Below are positions 1 through 8,161 of a stretch of 52,749 bases of DNA, one piece after another. Location of the stretch: contig CAYQCQ010000001.1 of assembly GCA_964416035.1 (NCBI GenBank), positions 1 to 52,749 of the forward strand. The letters are read 5' to 3'. The notes below the pieces were generated by a model. That model was not told where the DNA came from. It saw nothing but the letters and a program-made list of their open reading frames with translations, and did no database searches. Each line of letters starts with the position of its first letter. Positions within the stretch are counted from its first letter, which is position 1. This stretch comes from an uncultured Candidatus Bathyarchaeia archaeon (GTDB taxonomy: Archaea > Thermoproteota > Bathyarchaeia > 40CM-2-53-6 > JALHTG01). The position numbers and the translations under genes are program-made.

Positions 1-589
1 ATCTTGCAGTGACCTGCCGTTTGCCGATTCCAATTGTGCACAGCGCAGGGAGACCGAGGAGGATGGTTCGATGATGCTTCAAAGCCTCTTCAGATGCATA
101 TATGACCGAGCAAGCTCCCACGGTCAGCTCAGCTATCCTGACAGGAAGGCTTTCTTTTCCGATCGCCAGGACCTCTACGTTGAACTCTTGCTCGATCTCG
201 GTAGCCAGTTTTCTCAATTCGGGCAAAACTTCTCTGATTCTCTCCTTGGCTTTTGAGGAGATCCGCATGTCCTGCAGATCAGACATGGTGAGTTGAGAGA
301 CGGACATTCCTCCGAGGCTCATGTCGAGGTGGACCGCGTCAGCCGAAGCAAGTTGGAGCAGCTTTCTGCACATCTTGAGCTCTGTGACTATCAAGTCGTG
401 CCGATTTACCGCTGCCATTAGAATGTCAGAGATCTGAGTGAACGCGTTTCTGTATGGAACCTCTGTTCCAATGGATGAGGTAGCTACGATTCTCTGGGGC
501 GTGAAGCTTTCATCCAATATTGCGGAGCCAGAGTCGGCTGCAACGATCCTCAACCTCCAAGAGCCCCCTGAACTGGGCCAAATGGCCAC
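1..589 (-). CDS. hypothetical protein, N-terminal part only (gene runs off the left edge)
   Basis: From my own minus-strand translation. The frame is open from GTG (589-587) to position 1, with an in-frame TAG just upstream at 628-626. It reads VAIWPSSGGSWRLRIVAADSGSAILDES...LAIGKESLPVRIAEL... It is missing from the track because it has no stop in the window. The + ORFs 71..256, 102..296 and 438..629 look like its shadows. Confidence 0.5.
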   Translation of the reverse strand, partial: MAIWPSSGGSWRLRIVAADSGSAILDESFTPQRIVATSSIGTEVPYRNAFTQISDILMAAVNRHDLIVTELKMCRKLLQLASADAVHLDMSLGGMSVSQLTMSDLQDMRISSKAKERIREVLPELRKLATEIEQEFNVEVLAIGKESLPVRIAELTVGACSVIYASEEALKHHRTILLGLPALCTIGIGKRQVTAR

Positions 590-646
590 TGCCAGCTTAA
601 AGCGTTCTGAAAAGGAAAGGAGCGTCTAGCCTCGACGAAGTACGAA

Positions 647-904
647 CTACCTCGACGAAGTGGGCGGAGTTTGAGGCGTGGCGCCTGGGCTTTCACTTCT
701 CAACTCATGCAGAATTACAAGAGCCTCTCCGAGAGATATCCCAATCTGTATGCTCAGGTCCTTCGGCGTAATATTCGGCTTCTCGCCGAGTATTACGGTT
801 GAGACATAGCGCTTGTGGCTTCTGTACATAACCAGGGCGTGAGCTGTATCAACTAGAAGAGGCCAAAGAGGCGATTTCACATATTCACCTAGTTCCGAGG
901 ACAC
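647..904 (-). CDS. small helix-turn-helix-like DNA-binding protein (85 aa)
   Basis: An ORF-track entry. The segment ITPKDLSIQIGISLGEALVILHEL reads like an HTH recognition unit. It is co-directional with the flanking minus-strand genes. Confidence 0.4.
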   Translation of the reverse strand: MSSELGEYVKSPLWPLLVDTAHALVMYRSHKRYVSTVILGEKPNITPKDLSIQIGISLGEALVILHELRSESPGATPQTPPTSSR

Positions 905-978
905 CGTCTTAGACCCAGACCCAAGTAGGATGGTGCCTGATTTTACTCTTCCTCACTCCAGCAGCGCCAGTTTACCCC

Positions 979-1545
979 TCACGTTCTGGACTGGGCTCTC
1001 TCATAGATTCTCCTCAGGGTCCATCGAATCGCGTTACGAAGCTCCTGAAGGCGCCTATCGTCTCCGTAATTCTTGACTACCAGCCTTTTCATCAGATTTC
1101 CATCCTGCTCAAGAGCGTATGATAAGACTCTGTCGGGGCTCATCTGGCCCGCTCTAGCTGCAGCGTCATCTCTGCTGCGCATAGGCTCCAGGACACGGCC
1201 CACCAAGAACGCCCTGAAAGGCGGAGAGGAGACATCGAACTTCATTCCAGGAGCTGGAGTGACGACCAGCTCAGTTTCAGTCTCAGAAGCGTCCGCCAAA
1301 TGCACCCCGTCAGGCGTCTTCAACGGTAAAACCTGCCTCAAGCCCTCTTCTTGCTGAGGCATGGGCGGAGTTGGGGGTGCAGGCCTAGGAACCTCCATCT
1401 TTCTGAAGCTCTTCTCCGCTAAACCGGCATCCACTATCTCCAGGATTGACTTGAGCTTCGATGCCTCATCTTGAATTTCCGCCATCCGCTTCTCTAAATA
1501 CGCCTTTACCTCGGCTAGCCTCCTCACCGACTCCTCAGCGCTCAT
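979..1545 (-). CDS. hypothetical protein with an N-terminal coiled coil and a Pro-rich linker
   Basis: A 188-aa ORF. Its start lies 3 nt after the stop of the upstream ferredoxin gene, which suggests an operon. I recognise no family motif. Confidence 0.5.
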   Translation of the reverse strand: MSAEESVRRLAEVKAYLEKRMAEIQDEASKLKSILEIVDAGLAEKSFRKMEVPRPAPPTPPMPQQEEGLRQVLPLKTPDGVHLADASETETELVVTPAPGMKFDVSSPPFRAFLVGRVLEPMRSRDDAAARAGQMSPDRVLSYALEQDGNLMKRLVVKNYGDDRRLQELRNAIRWTLRRIYERAQSRT

Positions 1546-1548
1546 CTG

Positions 1549-1755
1549 TCAGTTCCTCCTAGCGCATATCGCGAAATCAGGGCAATAGAGCTCACACAAC
1601 CCACAGACGCTACAGTCCTCGGCTCTTGTGACTTCGGGCATGTGGAATCCTCTCTCATCCATCTCGCTGCTTATCTCAAGAACTTTCCGTGGGCAGAACT
1701 CAACGCATATTCCACATCCCTTACATAGCCTCCTGTCGATAAATATCCTTGCCAA
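1549..1755 (-). CDS. 2x[4Fe-4S] ferredoxin
   Basis: It carries two canonical cluster motifs, CKGCGICVEFCP and CSVCGLCELYCP, in 68 aa. Confidence 0.85.
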   Translation of the reverse strand: MARIFIDRRLCKGCGICVEFCPRKVLEISSEMDERGFHMPEVTRAEDCSVCGLCELYCPDFAICARRN

Positions 1756-2323
1756 CAGTTCTGCCTCTGTGTTTACTCCTAATGTCAGCCCAAAGATGCT
1801 TTTCTCGTTGGTTCATCCTGACTCGACTTGTTGTGATAAGCCTTTCTGAACTCGGAGTTCGGCCCCGATGCTTGCGAGTCGTTTCGCTTTGCTTTTCCCG
1901 TACTAGCTTGATCAAGCAAAAAGAAGGATACCCCCGGCCGGAAACGCTGAAACGATAGATCAGAGCTTTTTCAGAGGCCGGGACTATCGACCCGCGGGCA
2001 GACTGCCAGATGACGGCAAACAGAATTCGACATCGCCGTAAGCGGACTCATAGGAGAGATCCTGAAACAGAAAATAGAGCTGCAATAATGCAACTACTCG
2101 GCGAGTTTGATCACAGCCGCAATAACTTATGAGCACTTACAGGATCTCTTATCACTTGCAGTACGACAACCCGAAACCTCTCCAATACCCTACGCTAGCA
2201 AACATGGGCCTTGACTGCTACACGTCTCCTAAAGGTACGGACGTTTCCTAGCCAGGATCCGAAGAATCGAATCATCCGAAATTCCGCAATACTTACTTTC
2301 GGCCATCTCTCACTCTCAAGTGC

Positions 2324-5266
2324 ATGAAAAGCTGCTACTTACTCAATAGAACCAAGTCAGAGCATAGGATAAGGGCGCACGGATCTGAGAGCTTGGAAGT
2401 GAATACAGCACAGAATGCAAGCAACGCGTTCAGCAGACTAGTGGAGCCGGTCTGGTCCGCTATGGAAGAATTGGGCATCAAGATTCCAACGGACATACAA
2501 AAGGCAGCACTGGATCCCATATTGAAAGGCAAAAATGTTCTCATCGTAGCCCCAACTGGGACTGGGAAGACTGAGGCAGCGCTCCTTCCGATCTTCTCCA
2601 GACTTCTCTCTACTTCTGACAGAAAAGGCATCAGCGTTCTATACGTGACCCCATTGAGAGCGCTGAACAGGGACCTGATGAAGAGACTGACATTTTGGAG
2701 CACCAAACTCAACCTCACATGCGATGTGAGGCACGGAGACACCCCTAGAACCCAAAGAGAACGGCAAACTAGACGGCCTCCCACAATCCTAGTCACAACA
2801 CCAGAGACACTTCAAGCCATACTTCCAGCCAAGAGGATGAGGCAACACCTGAAAAACGTGCGATGGGTCGTGGTCGATGAGATACATGAGCTCGCCCAGG
2901 ACAAGAGAGGGGTCCAGCTTACAGTCGGGTTGGAAAGGCTCCGTGAAGTCACTGGAGAAGATTTCCAGAGGATAGGCCTCTCAGCCACAGTTGGAGAACC
3001 CAACAAGATCGGCAGCTTTCTTGCGGGAGCTGACCGGAACATAGAACTCGTCACAGTTCAAGCGGCAAAGCAGACCAAATTCCGAGTGGAATTTCCTATT
3101 CCGTCCGAGGAGGACCACGACTTAGCGCAGACTCTATTCACCACCCCTGAAGCCGCTGCAAGGATCAATCGGATGAGGGAACTTGCAGACAATCATACTT
3201 CTACACTGATCTTTGTCAACAGCCGGCAAAACGCAGAAATGCTTGGGCTCAGGCTTGGAATGCTCGACAAAGCTATTGCCGTTCATCATGGTTCTCTTTC
3301 GAGAGAAGAGAGAGTCCGAATAGAGAACGAGTTCAAAGAAAGAAAGCTCAAAGCAATCGTTTGTACCTCCACGCTTGAACTTGGAATAGACATAGGTACA
3401 GTAGACCTCGTACTACAGTACCTCTCCCCACGCCAAGTCTCAACTCTCATTCAAAGGGTCGGTAGGTCAGGCCACAAGGTCGAAGCAACCTCCAAAGGAA
3501 CGATCATCTCAGCTCATAGCGACGATCTCCTAGAATCTGTCGCGACGATTGGAAGGGCTCAACAAGGAAAACTTGAGGCTCTGAGAGTCCATGAAAACGG
3601 TCTTGACGTGCTAGCACATCAGATTGCGGGCATCGTGATGGATAAGGACACTGTGAGTGCAGACCTGGCGTTTTCAATCATTAGAAGAGCGTATCCATAT
3701 AGGTCGCTGTCCCAAGAAGCCTATCGCCAAGTCATCGATTACCTTGCAGACCTGAGGCTCCTGAAGAAAGACAAGGGCATACTCAGCAAGTCAAGCCGAA
3801 CGAGGCTCTACTACTATGAGAACCTATCAATGATACCAGACGAGAAGAGATACCCCATAGTCGATGTCACGACGCAGCGAAATGTCGGCGTCCTCGGAGA
3901 GGAGTTCATGACTCTAAGAGCCCGAGTCGGCTTACACTTCATATGCCGAGGACGAGTCTGGGAGATCATGAAGATCTCAGAAGACGGCCGCGTCTACGTC
4001 CTGCCGATCGAAGACCCCACCGCAGCCATACCAGGCTGGGACGGAGAGATCCTTCCCGTCCCGTTTGAGATTGCCCAAGAGGTAGGGCAACTCAGGCGCC
4101 AAATAGCAGACGCCCTAACTGCTCAAGATCCTGAAACCGTAATCGATCAACTCGCAGACAAATACGAAATCGAGAGATACGGAGCAAGGAGAGCTGTAGA
4201 GGAACTCAACGAGCTTATTCGAGATGGAGTTCCCGTTCCTGACAACAATAGGATCCTAATCGAGGTTTTCGATAGGTACATGATCGTTCACGCCTGCTTC
4301 GGTGAGGCCGTAAACAGAACCCTTGGCTACATATTCGAAAGCATACTCTCGGAGAAACGGATCCTTCGAAACGTTTGGGCAGACGGCTACCGAATATTGA
4401 TTGAACTAGCAATAGAGGTCGAAGCTGACGAGATAGAAGGCTTGGTATCATCTATCCTCCGAATATCGCCGCAAGAAGCAGAAGCAGCCTTCAGGAAGTA
4501 CGTCGAGGCTAGAAGGCCCTTCTCATACTACATGAAATTCATCGCCGAAAGGTTCGGCGCCATTCCCAGAGGAGTTACAATCGCCGAGGAGGGGAGGCTT
4601 CAAGATCTGACGATCAGGTTCAGGAATACGCCCATCTACGACGAAACCATTCGTGAAGCACTTCAGGAGAAAGTTGACATCGAAAAAACCCGCCTCATCT
4701 TCTCCAAGATAGCCCTTGGAGAAATCGGTTTGCACATCACAGTTATGCAAGAGAATCCCACTCCCTTGGCCTATCATATATTGAACAAGTTTTCCGAGAC
4801 CCCTGAGATGGCAGCGCCCGAGAGCATAAGAAAGCAAAACATCGAGAGGATGAAGGCAGCTCTTCAATCGGAACATGCACAGCTCATGTGTATGGCGTGC
4901 GGAAAAGAGCAGTCTCAGCTTCGAGTTCAAGCCCTGAACGACCTACCCAAATGCCTCAACTGCGGGTCCGGTTTGCTAGCCGTCCTAAACAAGCACCGGA
5001 TAGCTTCCCTTTCCGTCACAAAGAAATGGTTCGGAGATCAGCCGTTGACGGAAGAGGAACAGAAGATACTCACTCGTACGAGAAGGACCGCTGACCTAGT
5101 TCTGTCATATGGCAAGAGGGGCGTTATGGCTCTCCTCACTTGGGGGGTAGGACCACAGACAGCTGCACAAGTCCTAGCAAAGATGCACAAGCATGAGGAA
5201 GATTTCTTCACGGACCTGTTGCAGGCGAAGCTGAAGTACATTCAGACTAGGCCGTTCTGGGATTGA
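2324..5266 (+). CDS. lhr: Lhr-type superfamily-2 ATP-dependent helicase (paralogue 1) with a C-terminal zinc ribbon
   Basis: - Walker A is APTGTGKTEAA and the DEAH-type box is VVVDEIHEL.
- Motif VI is RVGRSGH, followed by a long Lhr-like C-terminal extension.
- The zinc ribbon is CMACG-x17-CLNCG.
- The start is uncertain. ATG 2324 could be leaderless, while TTG 2393 or GTG 2399 aligns better with the N-terminus of paralogue 2. Confidence 0.9.
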   Translation: MKSCYLLNRTKSEHRIRAHGSESLEVNTAQNASNAFSRLVEPVWSAMEELGIKIPTDIQKAALDPILKGKNVLIVAPTGTGKTEAALLPIFSRLLSTSDRKGISVLYVTPLRALNRDLMKRLTFWSTKLNLTCDVRHGDTPRTQRERQTRRPPTILVTTPETLQAILPAKRMRQHLKNVRWVVVDEIHELAQDKRGVQLTVGLERLREVTGEDFQRIGLSATVGEPNKIGSFLAGADRNIELVTVQAAKQTKFRVEFPIPSEEDHDLAQTLFTTPEAAARINRMRELADNHTSTLIFVNSRQNAEMLGLRLGMLDKAIAVHHGSLSREERVRIENEFKERKLKAIVCTSTLELGIDIGTVDLVLQYLSPRQVSTLIQRVGRSGHKVEATSKGTIISAHSDDLLESVATIGRAQQGKLEALRVHENGLDVLAHQIAGIVMDKDTVSADLAFSIIRRAYPYRSLSQEAYRQVIDYLADLRLLKKDKGILSKSSRTRLYYYENLSMIPDEKRYPIVDVTTQRNVGVLGEEFMTLRARVGLHFICRGRVWEIMKISEDGRVYVLPIEDPTAAIPGWDGEILPVPFEIAQEVGQLRRQIADALTAQDPETVIDQLADKYEIERYGARRAVEELNELIRDGVPVPDNNRILIEVFDRYMIVHACFGEAVNRTLGYIFESILSEKRILRNVWADGYRILIELAIEVEADEIEGLVSSILRISPQEAEAAFRKYVEARRPFSYYMKFIAERFGAIPRGVTIAEEGRLQDLTIRFRNTPIYDETIREALQEKVDIEKTRLIFSKIALGEIGLHITVMQENPTPLAYHILNKFSETPEMAAPESIRKQNIERMKAALQSEHAQLMCMACGKEQSQLRVQALNDLPKCLNCGSGLLAVLNKHRIASLSVTKKWFGDQPLTEEEQKILTRTRRTADLVLSYGKRGVMALLTWGVGPQTAAQVLAKMHKHEEDFFTDLLQAKLKYIQTRPFWD

Positions 5267-5336
5267 ATTTGACTCCGCCTAGTTTTTTACTCTCTTCAAA
5301 GAACGTATCAGGCGCACCGCAGGGTGATCCGGGAAT

Positions 5337-7322
5337 ATGATCAAAGGAGTGGTCCTCCGCAACTTCATGTCCTACTCCAACGCTTCAGTTCCACTCTATC
5401 CCGGATTGAACCTGATAGCCGGCCCCAACGGAGCCGGAAAGTCGTCAATTCTTCTCGCGATATCGCTCGTCTTGGGCCAAGCATATACAGAGAGGTCAAA
5501 GAGATTGAGCGACCTTATCCGCTGGGGGGAAGACCAAGCCCGCATAAGCCTTCTCCTGGATAATTCTCTGAGGGAGGGAAAGAGGCCATTTCCTCAATAC
5601 CACATGGACACAGTCGACGTAACGAGAATACTGAGAAAAGGAGGAGACTACGCATATCTTCTCCAAGGAAGGCCCACATCGAAAGAAAGGGTAGTCGAGG
5701 TCTTCACCCGGATCGGGGTCAACCCAGGCAACATGCTAATCATCATGCACCAATTGATGGTAGGAAGGTTCGCCTCAATCTCTCCACAAGAGAAGCTGCA
5801 CATGCTTGAAGAGGCTGTCGGCTTCGAATCCTATCGAGCGGACGTCATTGATGCCGATACTCGCCTGAGGAAAGCGCTGAGCGAAGAGGAGTCCCTTGCG
5901 GCGGTTCTGGAATCAACTCAAGAAACCTATCAGTATTGGAAGAAAGAGTACGAAAAATATCAGAAGAAAAGAGAGCTTGAGGAAAAGCTACGACGACTCC
6001 AGAGCGAGTTGCTCTGGGGAAGGGTTGAGCGGAGAGAAGTAACTCTCGCCAAACTCGACGACAAGATAGAGTCCAGAAGAAAAGCCATAGAACTCACTGA
6101 AGCCAAAACAGACGAAGCGAAGGAAGCCCTAGGCACAAGGCGTCGAGCATTGGACAGTGCTCTCAGCAAGCGTCACCAACTTGAAGAGAAGAGGATAGGA
6201 CTGGAGCGTGAAATCGCTCGAACCGAAACTGATGTTAGATGGGCCAAACTCCAAACCCGAAACACGGTTGAGGAGCTTGAGACATTGTCTCGCATGCTTG
6301 CAGGGCTAAAGAATCCCAGCTCAGGCCAAAGTACCGCCGCGACGATGATCGAACCACTCGTCGAACTCAAAGAGCGGCTTGAATCTAGGAAGAACGAGTA
6401 CGAGGCACTTTCGGTCTCTTCCTCACTCAAAGATGTTCAAGCAGACCTGGCCTCACTCATCCAAGAGCTTGAGAAAGCGCGTCAAACGGTAGATACGGCG
6501 ATCGAACGCGTCATAGATGCGAGAGTTCAGTTCGAGGTTCTTCAATTCAGAAAGAAACTTCTTTCAGATGAACTGCGGGGCCTCCAAGCGCAGAGAAGGA
6601 TCGCAAAGCAGGAGCTAACTCCACTCATCAAGAGAGCCGAGCGGCTGGGACCCAGACCAACCAAGATCAAAAACATAGGCGATCTTGAAATGGCGATTGC
6701 TGCCGTGGAGGAACAGGTCAGGCCGCTCGCACACATTTCAGAAGAGGTTGAGAAGATGTACAGCTCGTATGTCGGGCTTGTGAAAGACTTGAGGGAGAAA
6801 GCTGAGCTTGTAGCCAAGAACAGAGAGGAGGTTCTCCGCGAGTTGGCGAAACGGTTTGATATGTGGAAGAGCATAGTAGAGAGCTTTCTCGGTCAGCTAA
6901 GTGACAGATACAACGGCACCCTCAACAGTATTGGCGCCTCAGGAACCGTTCGTCTTGTCGAGGCCAGGGACATAGAGAAGGCCGGGCTGGAGTTGCTGGT
7001 TTCCTTCAAAGGTGGGAAGCCAACCCCGATAGATGGGCTCACGCAGAGTGGCGGAGAGAGAAGCGTGGCCCTCATGGCTTTCCTCTTGGCTCTGCAGCAA
7101 CATATCAAGTCGCCTTTTCGTGCGATCGACGAGTTCGATGTTCACTTGGATCCCCGAAACCGCGAGATGGTTTCAGACCTAATCGTCTCAAGCTTCAAAG
7201 AATCTAAGGAAGAGCAGTACTTGGCAATTACACCTGGACAGATAGAAGCGGTCAAGGACAATGTCCATGTCATAGTAGTACAGAACGTCTCCGGGCTCTC
7301 CGAAATCTCAGAGGTGAAGTAG
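5337..7322 (+). CDS. short SMC-family ATPase (661 aa) with an Smc5/6-like head, short coiled coil and no hinge
   Basis: - The N-terminus is MIKGVVLRNFMSYSN...LNLIAGPNGAGKSS (Walker A).
- The Q-loop region is IIMHQLMVGRF..EKLHMLEEAVGFESY.
- About 350 aa of heptad-rich E/K/R/L sequence follow.
- The C-terminus carries the signature QSGGERSVAL and Walker B/D-loop FRAIDEFDVHLDPRN. Confidence 0.85.
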   Translation: MIKGVVLRNFMSYSNASVPLYPGLNLIAGPNGAGKSSILLAISLVLGQAYTERSKRLSDLIRWGEDQARISLLLDNSLREGKRPFPQYHMDTVDVTRILRKGGDYAYLLQGRPTSKERVVEVFTRIGVNPGNMLIIMHQLMVGRFASISPQEKLHMLEEAVGFESYRADVIDADTRLRKALSEEESLAAVLESTQETYQYWKKEYEKYQKKRELEEKLRRLQSELLWGRVERREVTLAKLDDKIESRRKAIELTEAKTDEAKEALGTRRRALDSALSKRHQLEEKRIGLEREIARTETDVRWAKLQTRNTVEELETLSRMLAGLKNPSSGQSTAATMIEPLVELKERLESRKNEYEALSVSSSLKDVQADLASLIQELEKARQTVDTAIERVIDARVQFEVLQFRKKLLSDELRGLQAQRRIAKQELTPLIKRAERLGPRPTKIKNIGDLEMAIAAVEEQVRPLAHISEEVEKMYSSYVGLVKDLREKAELVAKNREEVLRELAKRFDMWKSIVESFLGQLSDRYNGTLNSIGASGTVRLVEARDIEKAGLELLVSFKGGKPTPIDGLTQSGGERSVALMAFLLALQQHIKSPFRAIDEFDVHLDPRNREMVSDLIVSSFKESKEEQYLAITPGQIEAVKDNVHVIVVQNVSGLSEISEVK

Positions 7323-7324
7323 CC

Positions 7325-8161
7325 GTGGCAAAGAAGCTAGAGAGAGCGAAGCCCCACACAGCCATCGCAAGAAGAGATGTGATCGACATAGTGAAGACGT
7401 GCGAGGCCATTGAGGATCGAAAGTTCAATCCTTTCCTGCTCGACGTGAGGTACGCCCTCAACACCCTAAGGAAATACCTTCCTCACTGGAGGGAGCTTGA
7501 GGACCATTGCCTCGACGCCCATGCCCTTAACCGTCTGTCAAGAGTTCTCAGGCTTCAAGGCAGTCAGCTTAGATTCCAATCCAGCTCCCTCTACGCAGAC
7601 CCTGCCTTCCTCGAAGAAAAGCTAACAGCTCTAACAGTGAAACGTCTCGCCGAGATACTTGTGACGAGCTGGCACCCGATCGCAGAACTAGAGCAAATAA
7701 CCGAACCGTCGATGAGGGAGGCAATCGCGTACTGGAATGTTCTCGCTCCGATTGAGGAGCGGTGGAGGAGGTTTGAGATGGGAAGTTCTGCTCCTCCCGG
7801 GTTCCTTGAGTCAGAGGATCTAGACAAGATCGGGGTCCAAGCCAAAGAGACATTTGAGGAAACTCTATCAAAACTCTGGAGGCAGCTCAAGGAGGAGTCT
7901 AGCACTGGCGTGGTCGATTATCAAGATTTCATATGCAGAGAAGACTTTCTTGAAACTATTGAAAGAGCAGTCCAAGTGAGCTTTCTAGTTACCTATGGTT
8001 ACGCTAGGATGGTTGGGTCGAATGGGGCCGTGCAGCTGCTACCGAATGAAGAACGGAAGCTTGAACGCCACCCTGTGAGCTTTCCGGTATCTATAACGCG
8101 TGAGGTTTGGTCGAAGTGGAGAGAAAAGCGAAAGCTAAACGCTTCTTCGGCGATAAGGTGA
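7325..8161 (+). CDS. kleisin-like (ScpA-like) protein
   Basis: - The GTG start lies 2 nt after the SMC stop.
- The N-terminal KFNPFLLDVRYALNTLRKYL resembles the ScpA F-x-GPLDLLL helix.
- The C-terminal FLETIERAVQVSFLVTYGYARMVGSNGAVQLLP resembles a kleisin winged helix.
- The 278-aa length fits ScpA.
- The assignment rests on motif resemblance only. Confidence 0.55.
   Translation: MAKKLERAKPHTAIARRDVIDIVKTCEAIEDRKFNPFLLDVRYALNTLRKYLPHWRELEDHCLDAHALNRLSRVLRLQGSQLRFQSSSLYADPAFLEEKLTALTVKRLAEILVTSWHPIAELEQITEPSMREAIAYWNVLAPIEERWRRFEMGSSAPPGFLESEDLDKIGVQAKETFEETLSKLWRQLKEESSTGVVDYQDFICREDFLETIERAVQVSFLVTYGYARMVGSNGAVQLLPNEERKLERHPVSFPVSITREVWSKWREKRKLNASSAIR

Noticed and set aside
2005-2075. I considered a C/D-box-like pair, AGAUGAC ... 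CUGA, in the lhr upstream spacer.
   Set aside because: - The C box is imperfect (no RUGAUGA).
- There is only one CUGA and no C'/D' pair.
- There is no terminal stem.
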